From IMG/VR virus record IMGVR_UViG_3300029798_000001: 64,000 nucleotides of DNA. One strand, given 5' to 3'. Source of the DNA: a virus. Its lineage: Duplodnaviria; Caudoviricetes. The notes below the pieces were generated by a model. The model saw only the letters and a program-made list of their open reading frames with translations. It was not told the DNA's origin and searched no databases. This document shows, in pieces, positions 40,601-49,958 of the stretch; the first letter of the stretch is position 1; every line of letters starts with the position of its first letter. A program made the translations under genes and the position numbers.

Positions 40601-41056
40601 GTGATGTGGTATAGTAAAGTTGTAGCCGACCTAGGCAACATTCCTGATTTTATTTCTCATTACGAGATTGAACTCGATGAAGCTAAACGCGACTGTCGAG
40701 TCGGTGGGTTAATTGAAAAAAATATTACGGCCTTGCCTGGAATAACCGAGCATAGGTTTAATCAGCTACAAGAGATCGAAGCGGTATTAAATTATCTTAA
40801 TATTCAACTACGAAAAATTCGCCGTAAGCATTTTCAAAAGTATTTAGAAGGCTATGCTCGTGCTCTAACCAGTCGTGATGCTGAAAAGTATGTAGATGGT
40901 GAAGATGAAGTAATTGATTTTGAAACATTAATTAATGAAGTGGCGCTGTTGCGTAACCGGTTTTTAGGCATTCTCAAAGGTATGGAAAGTAAAAACTTTA
41001 TGCTCGGGCATATTGTAAGATTACGAGCCGCTGGTATGGAAGATGTCCAGGTATGA
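40601..41056 (+). CDS. uvsY: Recombination mediator, UvsY-like
   Basis: KYLEGY..LTSRDAEKYVDGE, RNRFLGILKG..KNF.L..IVRLR.AG. Confidence 0.7.
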   Translation: MMWYSKVVADLGNIPDFISHYEIELDEAKRDCRVGGLIEKNITALPGITEHRFNQLQEIEAVLNYLNIQLRKIRRKHFQKYLEGYARALTSRDAEKYVDGEDEVIDFETLINEVALLRNRFLGILKGMESKNFMLGHIVRLRAAGMEDVQV

Positions 41057-41811
41057 TATTTACTAATCTAGAACAAAGTCATAATCATAGTTTAAACACA
41101 CTGAATGCACTACAAGAGTATGACGAATTTATGGAAAGTATTGCTACTCTAGCAGATCTCGGATGCGGCGCAGGATTGGATACAGAATGGTGGGCAACCA
41201 GAACCACTCGGGCAGATAATCCTAAACCACTTAATATCCAATGTACCGGAATTGATATTATTGAACAGTCGTTTGCCCCTAACAAATATACGAATGTTTC
41301 GTATCAAAGCACTAATTTTGAAAAAACAATAGCATTATCGGGGGATAAAAAATACGATGTATTATGGTGTCACGACGCATTTCAATATTGTATAGATCCA
41401 ATTGGAACCCTGAGTAACTGGTATAATATTGCTAACGACAACGGCATGTTGGTATTGATAGTACCAGAGACTATGGACATTCATCATAAACAGTTGGCAT
41501 TTATGCAACCGTCAGGGTGTTACTATCATCATACTATGGTTAGTCTTATACATATGTTGTCTGTGTCCGGGTGGGATTGCGGTGGCGGGTTTTTTCTAAA
41601 ACAACCGACTAATCCATGGTTGCATGCCGTAGTTTATAAATCAGAACATAAACCAATGGATCCTCGCGTAACTGGTTGGCATCAATTAAGCGAAATGAAT
41701 CTATTGCCAGAAACCGCTAAACAAAGCATCCAGGCACATAATTATATACGCCAACAAGATTTAGTGTTGCCTTGGTTAGATAAGAGCTTAATTTGGCTTG
41801 GTAATTATTAA
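41053..41811 (+). CDS. Class I SAM-dependent methyltransferase
   Basis: ADLGCGAG motif I; YDVLWCHDAFQY; NGMLVLIVP. Confidence 0.8.
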   Translation: MIFTNLEQSHNHSLNTLNALQEYDEFMESIATLADLGCGAGLDTEWWATRTTRADNPKPLNIQCTGIDIIEQSFAPNKYTNVSYQSTNFEKTIALSGDKKYDVLWCHDAFQYCIDPIGTLSNWYNIANDNGMLVLIVPETMDIHHKQLAFMQPSGCYYHHTMVSLIHMLSVSGWDCGGGFFLKQPTNPWLHAVVYKSEHKPMDPRVTGWHQLSEMNLLPETAKQSIQAHNYIRQQDLVLPWLDKSLIWLGNY

Positions 41812-41854
41812 AAACTGACAGATCAGCTAAATACTGTTATAGGAGATTTCAATA

Positions 41855-42340
41855 ATGGCACAAAACCGCACTTTACAATTTATAGGCCTTGCATACGGAG
41901 ATACACCGGTCTCTGTAACTGCCGAAATTAACGGAACTACAGTATTTTCGGGTGAAATATCTACTGTAAATTCTCCATTTCCACTTTCATCTGAAATAAA
42001 TTTATCAACCAATCCAGTCTTGTTCACAGTTAACGATTCTCCCTTGTTCCCAACAAATTTTTCTGGATCTTACCCAATGACAATATCAGCCACTGGCGGA
42101 TATGGACTAGTAGTAGGTGTTGTAACCTGCAATTATATGCTTCCTTCAGGTAATGCAAATAGTTTTGCATCTTGCTATTATAATGCCATTTCAAACGTTG
42201 GTGATCCTAGATCTAATGTGATTATAAATGGTAATCCGATTAAGTCGACACCTCCGCCGAATGGTGCTTGGTACTGGGAAGCAACTTCTCCAGGAAATAT
42301 TGTGTGCGATTTGAGTGTTGATTTAGGTAATGTTGCCTAA
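41855..42340 (+). CDS. Hypothetical late (probably virion) protein
   Basis: CTAAATA at 41827-41833 and AGGAG; beta-rich sequence. Confidence 0.65.
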   Translation: MAQNRTLQFIGLAYGDTPVSVTAEINGTTVFSGEISTVNSPFPLSSEINLSTNPVLFTVNDSPLFPTNFSGSYPMTISATGGYGLVVGVVTCNYMLPSGNANSFASCYYNAISNVGDPRSNVIINGNPIKSTPPPNGAWYWEATSPGNIVCDLSVDLGNVA

Positions 42341-42361
42341 GTTAGTAGCTACTAACTTAAT

Positions 42362-42389
42362 AAAAGCCCTACCTTGCTAGGGTTTTTTT
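42362..42389 (+). terminator. Rho-independent terminator
   Basis: GCCCTA/TAGGGT stem followed by a T tract. Confidence 0.7.
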
Positions 42390-42393
42390 ATGG

Positions 42394-42422
42394 TTGACTA
42401 TTAAAGACCTTTTTGCTATAAT
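42394..42422 (+). promoter_or_regulatory. Sigma70-type promoter
   Basis: TTGACT-N17-TATAAT. Confidence 0.85.
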
Positions 42423-42452
42423 ATTAATATAATAACAAATAAGGAGTTTTAA

Positions 42453-42584
42453 ATGGACTCAAACACAATCTTAATCGTAATGGCACTAGCATACGGCTCA
42501 TTCTTGGGCTATTGTTTAGGCCGTGCTCACGGCTATAGTCAAGGTGCCGAAATGGCCCGTGCAATTTACGGTATCCGTAAATAA
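42453..42584 (+). CDS. 43-aa membrane peptide (not in the ORF track)
   Basis: AAGGAG RBS; MDSNTILIVMALAYGSFLGYCLGRAHGYSQGAEMARAIYGIRK*. Confidence 0.7.
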   Translation: MDSNTILIVMALAYGSFLGYCLGRAHGYSQGAEMARAIYGIRK

Positions 42585-42588
42585 GCGG

Positions 42589-42617
42589 TTGACCAGAAAT
42601 TGCCAATATAGTATAAT
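42589..42617 (+). promoter_or_regulatory. Sigma70-type promoter
   Basis: TTGACC-N17-TATAAT. Confidence 0.85.
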
Positions 42618-42647
42618 AGTTGTATAGTTAATAAAAAGGAGCTAACC

Positions 42648-43694
42648 TTGAGTACAGTAATTATTAAAAACGGAACATACCGTAATCAACCCGTAAACAA
42701 TATAACCTTTAATCTAGTTAAAGGTTATCAAACAGGAGCCAAGGGAGGCTATGTGACTGTAAAATCAGATGGCTTTTTTGGCCCAGACTTACCAGAAATA
42801 GTTCGTGTTAATGTCACTGGCATTGAAGATGTAGAATTTACTGCCGAATCTACACCAGTTGGCGAGTTTATAACACCAATTGCTCATCCTCGTGTTCATG
42901 TTCATACCGCGCCGGTGGAAACTGATGAAGAAGTTATTGCCCGTATTGGCGAACGCTTTGACATTCTTGACCAAATGACTAAGGCCACGATTGCAGGAGA
43001 TGTCCGTGCTATGATTGTAGTTGGCCCTCCTGGTGTGGGCAAGAGTTATGGTGTGGAAAAACAGTTAGAACATTCTGGCTTGTTTGATCAGTTGAGTGGT
43101 CGTCGTGTCAAGTATGAAGTTATCAAAGGTGCTATGACTCCGATTGGATTATACTGCACCTTGTATAAACATTCTGACAAGAACAATGTCATAGTTTTTG
43201 ATGACTGTGACTCGGTATTCCAAGACGACTTGAGCTTGAACATTCTTAAAGCCGCCCTGGACTCTGGTAAGAAGCGTCGTATCTACTGGAATAGTGATTC
43301 ATCCATGTTGCGTCGTGAAGGCGTTCCTGATATGTTTGACTTTAAAGGTTCCTGTATTTTTATTACCAATTTACAGTTCCAAAACCTTAAATCTAAGAAG
43401 TTGCAAGACCACTTAGAAGCATTACAAAGTCGTTGTCACTTTATAGACTTAACCCTTAACACCATGCGTGATCGTTTCTTGCGTATTAAGCAGATTTACC
43501 TAAAGGGCGAGTTGTTTGCAGACTACAATTTTAGCTCAGAACAAGGTGACGAGATCATTGGGTTTATGGAAACTAATCAAAGTCGACTGCGTGAAATGAG
43601 CCTGCGTATGGCACTTAAGATTGCAGATTTAACCAATGTATCCAGTGATAACTGGAAGGCACTAGCCGCTAGCACTTGTATGAAAAATTCTTAA
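42648..43694 (+). CDS. AAA-type P-loop ATPase
   Basis: GPPGVGKS, VFDDCD, IFITN; AAGGAG and TTG start. Confidence 0.85.
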   Translation: MSTVIIKNGTYRNQPVNNITFNLVKGYQTGAKGGYVTVKSDGFFGPDLPEIVRVNVTGIEDVEFTAESTPVGEFITPIAHPRVHVHTAPVETDEEVIARIGERFDILDQMTKATIAGDVRAMIVVGPPGVGKSYGVEKQLEHSGLFDQLSGRRVKYEVIKGAMTPIGLYCTLYKHSDKNNVIVFDDCDSVFQDDLSLNILKAALDSGKKRRIYWNSDSSMLRREGVPDMFDFKGSCIFITNLQFQNLKSKKLQDHLEALQSRCHFIDLTLNTMRDRFLRIKQIYLKGELFADYNFSSEQGDEIIGFMETNQSRLREMSLRMALKIADLTNVSSDNWKALAASTCMKNS

Positions 43695-43755
43695 TCGGGT
43701 AAACGACCCGGTAAGTAAACGGTAGCTCCTGGGTAGTGCAAACTACCCACTTTCG

Positions 43756-43781
43756 ACAGGCCTTTAGGGGCCTGTTTTTTT
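43756..43781 (+). terminator. Rho-independent terminator
   Basis: ACAGGCC/GGCCTGT stem plus T tract. Confidence 0.8.
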
Positions 43782-43809
43782 GACTTTAGTTTGCTAAGTA
43801 TGTTATACT
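43780..43809 (+). promoter_or_regulatory. Sigma70-type promoter
   Basis: TTGACT-N18-TATACT; ATG 6 nt later. Confidence 0.7.
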
Positions 43810-43815
43810 ATCACA

Positions 43816-45789
43816 ATGCGAACAGCCACAATTATAATCAAAGATGAAGTTAATATTAAAATAGAAGGCCTAGAGCTCGATGTTCGCCGTGCATTGGTAA
43901 ATGCGTTTAAGTATGATGTTCCGGGTGCTCGTTACTTACCTGCGGTTCGTCTTGGCCGATGGGATGGTAAAATTAGTTACTTTCAGCTCGGCGGTAGCAC
44001 CTATGTAAATTTACTACCAGAGATTATTCCTATACTTGAAAAGTTTAACTATGATATTGAGCTAGATGATCAACGGGACTATTCTACTACATTTGCGTTT
44101 GAGCAGGTAACAGAACAAACCTTTGGGCATATTATGTGGGGTAAAGGACATCCAATGGAAGGTAAACCAATGGAGTTGCGTGACTATCAAGTAGAGATCA
44201 TTAACAACTTCCTTGAGAATCCACAATGTATCCAGGAGATTGCCACTGGCGCTGGTAAATGTTTGGCTGGCGATACTAAACTGCGGTTATCAATTGATGA
44301 AAATACTGCTTTTGGAAAATTTATGCTAAATAAATTGCAACAGGAGCTGGATAATGATGTTACAAGAAATAATAAAGAATTATCCATCGGAAAGTTGGCA
44401 GAATATATTGAGGAGTTTTATGCAACAACTCTTATTGACAATATAGAAATAGATGTAGGTAATTTAGGCATAGTCGTTCCTGCTGTAGATAACACAGTTC
44501 AAGTAAATTGTTTTATCAAAAAATATAATCTTCCCATGGTTGAGTTGTCGTTTGATAATGGATATACAATCAAGGTTGCCAAAAATCACATACTACAATC
44601 CAGCGGCAGTGACATATATGCAAAAAATGTAGCAATTGGTGATAAATTAGATCATTTGGCAGGGTCTGTTGCAATTACTTCGATACGCTATATTGACAAT
44701 GAAGATTGTTATGATATATCAATCCCAGCACCACATTTATATTGTGATGCAAATGGATTAATACACCATAACACTGTGATCACAGCCGCACTGAGTAACG
44801 CCGTGACACCATATGGTCGCACTATTATTATTGTTCCTAATAAGAGTCTAGTAACACAAACAGAAAAAGACTACATCAACATGGAACAGGATGTGGGTGT
44901 GTTCTTTGGCGACCGTAAGGAATTTGGTCGACAGCATACTATCTGCACTTGGCAAAGTTTAAATGTCTTACTAAAGAATACAAAGAACTCTGTAGGCGAC
45001 ATTACCATACAAGATTTCCTAGAAGATGTTGTATGCGTTATTGTTGACGAAGTCCATATGGCCAAAGCCGACGCACTAAAGACTTTGCTCACAGGTGTAA
45101 TGAGCCGTATACCATTACGCTGGGGACTAACAGGAACTATACCCAAGGAACCATTTGAATTCCAAGCACTGAAGTGTAGTCTTGGCCCGGTTATTAATCA
45201 ACTTAGTGCTAGCGAGTTACAAGATCGAGGAGTCTTGGCACAATGCCATGTGAACGTGGTGCAGTTAGTTGATCATGCAGATTTTACCAATTATCAAAGC
45301 GAATTAAAGTTCCTATTGGAAGACCCCGATAGGCTTAAAACAATTGCACAACTAATCGCACAAGTTAACGCCACAGGTAATACACTGGTGCTAGTAGATC
45401 GTGTAGCTGCCGGGCATGCATTAGTGGACTTGTTAGGTGACCGGGCGGTGTTTGTTAGTGGTGCAACCAAAGCAAAGGCGAGGCAAGATGAATATGACGA
45501 AGTGGCAACTAGCACTGGGAAGATTATTATTGCTACCTACGGTATTGCTGCTGTTGGTATTAATTTGCCTAGGATTTTCAACCTGGTTCTCGTGGAGCCT
45601 GGAAAATCTTTTGTACGTGTTATCCAGTCCATCGGACGTGGTATTCGTAAAGCCGAAGACAAAGACCATGTACAAATATGGGATGTAACCAGCACCTGCA
45701 AGTTTGCCAAACGCCATTTAACTAAGCGCAAGCAGTTTTATAAGGATGCCGCATACCCCTTTACACAAGAGAAACTAGAATGGAAATAA
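43816..45789 (+). CDS. uvsW: SF2 helicase, UvsW-like, intein-containing
   Basis: ATGAGK/T Walker A split by an intein; VDEVH, GLTGT, QSIGRGIR. Confidence 0.9.
   Translation: MRTATIIIKDEVNIKIEGLELDVRRALVNAFKYDVPGARYLPAVRLGRWDGKISYFQLGGSTYVNLLPEIIPILEKFNYDIELDDQRDYSTTFAFEQVTEQTFGHIMWGKGHPMEGKPMELRDYQVEIINNFLENPQCIQEIATGAGKCLAGDTKLRLSIDENTAFGKFMLNKLQQELDNDVTRNNKELSIGKLAEYIEEFYATTLIDNIEIDVGNLGIVVPAVDNTVQVNCFIKKYNLPMVELSFDNGYTIKVAKNHILQSSGSDIYAKNVAIGDKLDHLAGSVAITSIRYIDNEDCYDISIPAPHLYCDANGLIHHNTVITAALSNAVTPYGRTIIIVPNKSLVTQTEKDYINMEQDVGVFFGDRKEFGRQHTICTWQSLNVLLKNTKNSVGDITIQDFLEDVVCVIVDEVHMAKADALKTLLTGVMSRIPLRWGLTGTIPKEPFEFQALKCSLGPVINQLSASELQDRGVLAQCHVNVVQLVDHADFTNYQSELKFLLEDPDRLKTIAQLIAQVNATGNTLVLVDRVAAGHALVDLLGDRAVFVSGATKAKARQDEYDEVATSTGKIIIATYGIAAVGINLPRIFNLVLVEPGKSFVRVIQSIGRGIRKAEDKDHVQIWDVTSTCKFAKRHLTKRKQFYKDAAYPFTQEKLEWK
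44260..44772 (+). mobile_element. Mini-intein (171 aa) in the helicase Walker A
   Basis: GAGK|CLAGDT ... YDISIP..HLYCDANGLIHHN|TVIT. Confidence 0.92.
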
Positions 45790-45792
45790 AGG

Positions 45793-45820
45793 TTGCAATG
45801 ACCAAAAAATATGTTATAAT
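45793..45820 (+). promoter_or_regulatory. Sigma70-type promoter
   Basis: TTGCAA-N16-TATAAT; ATG 6 nt later. Confidence 0.7.
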
Positions 45821-45826
45821 AAACTT

Positions 45827-46327
45827 ATGAAGATATTGACCTTAGACAACACCCCCTTTGATCTTGATCATTTACCAGAAGAAGTAGATGATATGCGGTT
45901 TGCTATTTTTGACAATAGCGATCCTAAGGACCCAGACTATCATTATATTCCATTAATCTTTTTAGAAAGTTTTACAGCACCTGCTTTGGTACTACGCATT
46001 GGTGAACACCGAATTAAGATGCCAGTGGACTGGCAAATCTTAATTGGAGAACCAGACTTAGGCGACTTAGAAGTATTACCATTAACCAGTATCAACGATC
46101 GCGGGTTTAAAGCATTTCAATTTAATCCGTTAAGCAGTTTTCGTCCTAGTTTCCTTGACGTAGAAATTATTGACGTGTATCAAGAAGTAACATGGTATGC
46201 TCCTAAACTTAAAAACGGACAGATGTTATGTGTACCTGTAAGCGAAGGTGAAAAACCCGACTGTGTTTATTTTGTTAAAGACATTAGTCGCAACTGCGAA
46301 GTGGTAAATTACAATCAGGCCTGGTAG
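45827..46327 (+). CDS. Hypothetical protein
   Basis: 166-aa ORF behind a promoter. Confidence 0.75.
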   Translation: MKILTLDNTPFDLDHLPEEVDDMRFAIFDNSDPKDPDYHYIPLIFLESFTAPALVLRIGEHRIKMPVDWQILIGEPDLGDLEVLPLTSINDRGFKAFQFNPLSSFRPSFLDVEIIDVYQEVTWYAPKLKNGQMLCVPVSEGEKPDCVYFVKDISRNCEVVNYNQAW

Positions 46328-46773
46328 TGGAAAAACTTAGTATAGCTAATGAGATGATGTGTTTTGATCGTAAAGATCGTAAATTTTACGATAGTCTAAC
46401 TGAGGAAGAACGCAAAAAATTTAGTAATTTTCTAATGATTCGCTATGGTTCTACGGTACAAGGTAGTCGCGATCTCCAAGAGTTTTATTTGATTAGTTGT
46501 AATGAACGATTGAATAAACATTTTTTTGTTATTAACAAACATCCTAAATTACAATGGCTATGTGCCACCGCAGTTAGTCCCGGACTAGGTACACACCGGC
46601 ATCAGTGGATTGCTCCCAAGAAAAAAGAAGCCGGGGCAAGTGGCATCCGAAAGCAAATTGCAGAACTATTTCCACACTTAAAAGATGATGAAGTAGAACT
46701 AATGGCCAAAATTAACACTAAAAAAGACATAGACGCATATCTTAAAGAGCTAGGACAAGAAGTTAAAAAATGA
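46327..46773 (+). CDS. Possible clamp-loader small subunit (gp62-like)
   Basis: KKFSNFLMIRY.S, QWL..AVSPG..RHQWI; weak resemblance only. Confidence 0.4.
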   Translation: MEKLSIANEMMCFDRKDRKFYDSLTEEERKKFSNFLMIRYGSTVQGSRDLQEFYLISCNERLNKHFFVINKHPKLQWLCATAVSPGLGTHRHQWIAPKKKEAGASGIRKQIAELFPHLKDDEVELMAKINTKKDIDAYLKELGQEVKK

Positions 46774-47444
46774 AATATACCTGTCAGTATTGTAAAAAGG
46801 ACTTTATGAAGGAGTCCAGCCTTGCGGTTCATTCATGCGAACCTCGACGCCGTCGCATGGAAAAAGACGAAGCCGGTGTACGCTTAGGCTTTCATTCGTA
46901 TATTAAATTTTATGAATTAACACAGGGATCTGCTAAGTTAAAAACATATGACGACTTTTGTGACAGTCCTTATTACAAAGCCTTTGTAAAGTTTGGTCGT
47001 TATTGTGTAGATGTTAAGGCAATTAACCCAGCCAGGTTTACTGAGTGGGTATTAAAACAAAATAAAAAAATTGATCATTGGTGTAAAGATACAGTGTACA
47101 CAGAATATTTAACAGACTACCTGCGGGTAGAAAACATCAATGATTCATTAGCTCGTGCTATGGAGTTTGGTATAGACTGGTCAGAAAAGTCTGGGAATCC
47201 TGCAGAAGATTGTTTGCGTTACGGCAACACCAATGCTATGGTCTATGCTGTAACCGCAGGCAGAATTAGTCCTTGGATTATTTACAATAGTGAATCTGGC
47301 CAAAAATTTCTAAGCGAGCTCGATCCAACACAAATTGCTATGGTGTGGCCCTACATTGACGCAGATTTTTGGATGAAAAAGTTTAAAGACTATCCAGCAG
47401 ATCAACAGTACGCCAGAGATATTTTGGAGAAAGCAGGATGGTGA
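46770..47444 (+). CDS. Hypothetical protein with N-terminal Zn finger
   Basis: YTCQYCKKDF..ESSL.VHSC. Confidence 0.65.
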   Translation: MKYTCQYCKKDFMKESSLAVHSCEPRRRRMEKDEAGVRLGFHSYIKFYELTQGSAKLKTYDDFCDSPYYKAFVKFGRYCVDVKAINPARFTEWVLKQNKKIDHWCKDTVYTEYLTDYLRVENINDSLARAMEFGIDWSEKSGNPAEDCLRYGNTNAMVYAVTAGRISPWIIYNSESGQKFLSELDPTQIAMVWPYIDADFWMKKFKDYPADQQYARDILEKAGW

Positions 47445-47887
47445 CATACCCGGGTTCTTTTGCTGGATATTTAATATGCAGCCCCGATCCAGAGATAGAC
47501 TATATAGCATCTCAGACGGTAGTAGTATCGGTGCAACAACATAATCGAGTGTTGGCCACTAAACTAATTGAAAAAATCGATGTAATCGGCCAATTCTTTG
47601 AATTAGCTTTTAATTATGTCGAGTTAACTGGAAATATTCAATTGATAATCGAGACACATTCTGTTGGCAATCAATTTAATAAAGATAATCCGATTACGAT
47701 AGACCAGTTAATACTTGATGATTTATTTACAATTCCTCATTTACTAATGTCGGGCAAGTTATTGAATAGTAATCAACAAGAGTTAGATACTGGTAATGTG
47801 TTATGGCAATCCGGACAATTAATATATACCTTTAATTTGCCAATTGTTAGTAACGTCGGTATTACGAATACTGGTATTAGTACATGA
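47438..47887 (+). CDS. Hypothetical protein
   Basis: 149-aa ORF overlapping both neighbours. Confidence 0.55.
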   Translation: MVTYPGSFAGYLICSPDPEIDYIASQTVVVSVQQHNRVLATKLIEKIDVIGQFFELAFNYVELTGNIQLIIETHSVGNQFNKDNPITIDQLILDDLFTIPHLLMSGKLLNSNQQELDTGNVLWQSGQLIYTFNLPIVSNVGITNTGIST

Positions 47888-48543
47888 GAATAAATCATAT
47901 TTTAAATATAGGGTATCCAAAATGCGGAACTACTTGGTGCTGGACCTTACTTACACAACAGACTTGGTTTACTAATCCTGGAGATAAAGAAAATAATGAT
48001 TTGATTGAACGAGTTACAGTAGCAGACTACACAAAAATATATATTGATAGTAATATCACCGCAAACTTTAGCACCGCAAATTTTACATTAGATCGATATA
48101 TTATAAAACAGCTTAGTGAACTGCCAACAACAACAGCTAGCATTATTCTTAGAAATCCATTTGATCTTTACTGGAGTCTTTATAATTTTATGCCAAATCC
48201 TCTTAATACGCCTTATAATACTTTTGTTAATAATTTGATTAAGCAATCTTGGTTTCATAGGCCTGCGCACATCATTAACCGATGGCAACAATTTTTTGAA
48301 AAAGACAGATTTTGCATATTTTTTTATGATGACCTTCAAAAAAACAGTTCTGATTTTTTTAATAACTACTGCAAACAAATGCGGCTTCCAACACCGACTA
48401 TTTTAGATACTAGCCTAGTGAATGTAACTGAATATAAAAATACTAGTAAGGAATTGCACCCCGATTTAGTGACATTAATAAATCAAGAAATTGATAATTT
48501 ACAAGTATATGTAGATTATGATGTATTAAAATGGAAACGTTGA
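47884..48543 (+). CDS. Sulfotransferase-family protein
   Basis: IGYPKCGTTW (5'-PSB) and ILRNPFDLYWSLY (3'-PB). Confidence 0.8.
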   Translation: MRINHILNIGYPKCGTTWCWTLLTQQTWFTNPGDKENNDLIERVTVADYTKIYIDSNITANFSTANFTLDRYIIKQLSELPTTTASIILRNPFDLYWSLYNFMPNPLNTPYNTFVNNLIKQSWFHRPAHIINRWQQFFEKDRFCIFFYDDLQKNSSDFFNNYCKQMRLPTPTILDTSLVNVTEYKNTSKELHPDLVTLINQEIDNLQVYVDYDVLKWKR

Positions 48544-49118
48544 TGAGCGCAGATATTGATATTGATTTAGCAGATAGAGATCAACTATTACGGTTAATTA
48601 CTGCCACCCCAGCACGGCAATTCCACCAAGCGCAAGTTAGACGCCACAACTCGGGTGTGTATGTTACTGATATTCCGTATGACCCTGTTAATGCTTGCGC
48701 CGCAATAGATTATGAAACAGCCGAGCAACACGGATATTTTAAAATAGATTTATTAAACATGAGTGTGTATCAACTAATTAAAAGTCCTGACCATTATGAA
48801 CAAATGTTAATAAAAGAGCCAACCTGGGGTCGATTATGTACCGACTCAGAGTGGACAAAACAAGTAGCACATATTGGAAATTATACAGATTTGTTGCAAT
48901 CAATGAAACCCGACAGTATTCCTAGACTTGCTGCGTTTATTAGTATTATTCGCCCTGGCAAAGTACATCTACAAAACAAGCCCTGGGCAGAAGTATTCGA
49001 GTCAGTATGGGACGGTGATGAATCTAACGGCTACACATTCAAAAAAAGTCATGCCCTTAGCTACAGCGTATTAGTTACCCTTCATATGAATTTATTGTCA
49101 GAAAATAATAGTATGTGA
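48543..49118 (+). CDS. Short DnaE (DNA polymerase III alpha)-like catalytic-core protein (start 48543)
   Basis: DIDID, RHNSGVYV, FKIDLLN, FKKSHALSY; TGATG overlap with the upstream stop. Confidence 0.75.
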   Translation: MSADIDIDLADRDQLLRLITATPARQFHQAQVRRHNSGVYVTDIPYDPVNACAAIDYETAEQHGYFKIDLLNMSVYQLIKSPDHYEQMLIKEPTWGRLCTDSEWTKQVAHIGNYTDLLQSMKPDSIPRLAAFISIIRPGKVHLQNKPWAEVFESVWDGDESNGYTFKKSHALSYSVLVTLHMNLLSENNSM

Positions 49119-49138
49119 AAGTTTTAATAAATACTTTT

Positions 49139-49804
49139 ATGGGAAGAACTAAAGGTAGTTTAAGTAAAATACCAAAAATACAATATCCACGCAAATGCGA
49201 TCACTGCGATTATGTTTCAAATAATCCGCAGATGTATTCCTATCATAAACAAACTCACCAATCCATTCCTTACGGAACATTGTGTAATCAAGGATGCGGA
49301 CAACTGGCAAAATACACTAATACCAAAGGTAATCATACCTGTGAAAAAATAGCTCAGCATTGTCCTCAATACGTTAAAGAACACTCAGCAAGAGTAGAAT
49401 CACAGTGGAAAAATGATGATGCCCGTAAAGAAAAAACTAAAGAATTGTTTATAAAACATTGCAATACTCTGGCAGTTAGAAAACGACACAAAGAAATATG
49501 GCAAGAAAAATCTCAAATATACACTCCTGAACAGGCAAAGGAATATAGACATTATGCCCGTAGAATTAGACAAAAGGCACAAAAATGGGCCCGCGAGCAG
49601 GGTTATATATTAGGTCAGCAAACCTATCATGTAGATCATAAGTTTAGTATTATAGATGCATGGAATGCTGGGCTCAGTATTGAGATTGTAAATCATCCTG
49701 CTAACCTACAGATATTAGAAGCTAAGAAGAATAGTAGTAAAGGCCCTAACAGTAGTATCACGTTAACAGAATTAATGGAGGTTGTAAATAATGGCAATAC
49801 CTAA
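49139..49804 (+). mobile_element. Free-standing HNH-type homing endonuclease gene (start likely 49139)
   Basis: Zn finger CDHC..H; CNQGCG; YHVDHKFSI.DAW..IVNHPANLQIL..N..KG; ATAAATA 5 nt upstream. Confidence 0.7.
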
Positions 49805-49958
49805 AAAAGTATTAGAATGGCGCAAAGCACATCCGCGCACTTTAGAAGAGCAAGCTCAAGCACCAAAAACCTTGGAAGAATTGAAAGATCAATGGTTGCA
49901 ATGCCGAGCGAATCTTACTAACTTACTAGAGAGTTTAAGATCTCGTGAAAATAAATGA
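49791..49958 (+). CDS. 55-aa hypothetical protein (not in the ORF track)
   Basis: GGAGG upstream; MAIPKKVLEWRKAHPRTLEEQAQAPKTLEELKDQW.. Confidence 0.5.
   Translation: MAIPKKVLEWRKAHPRTLEEQAQAPKTLEELKDQWLQCRANLTNLLESLRSRENK

Noticed and set aside
49805-49944. Possible orphan DnaE 3' end after the second HNH gene
   Set aside because: The translation shows no DnaE similarity
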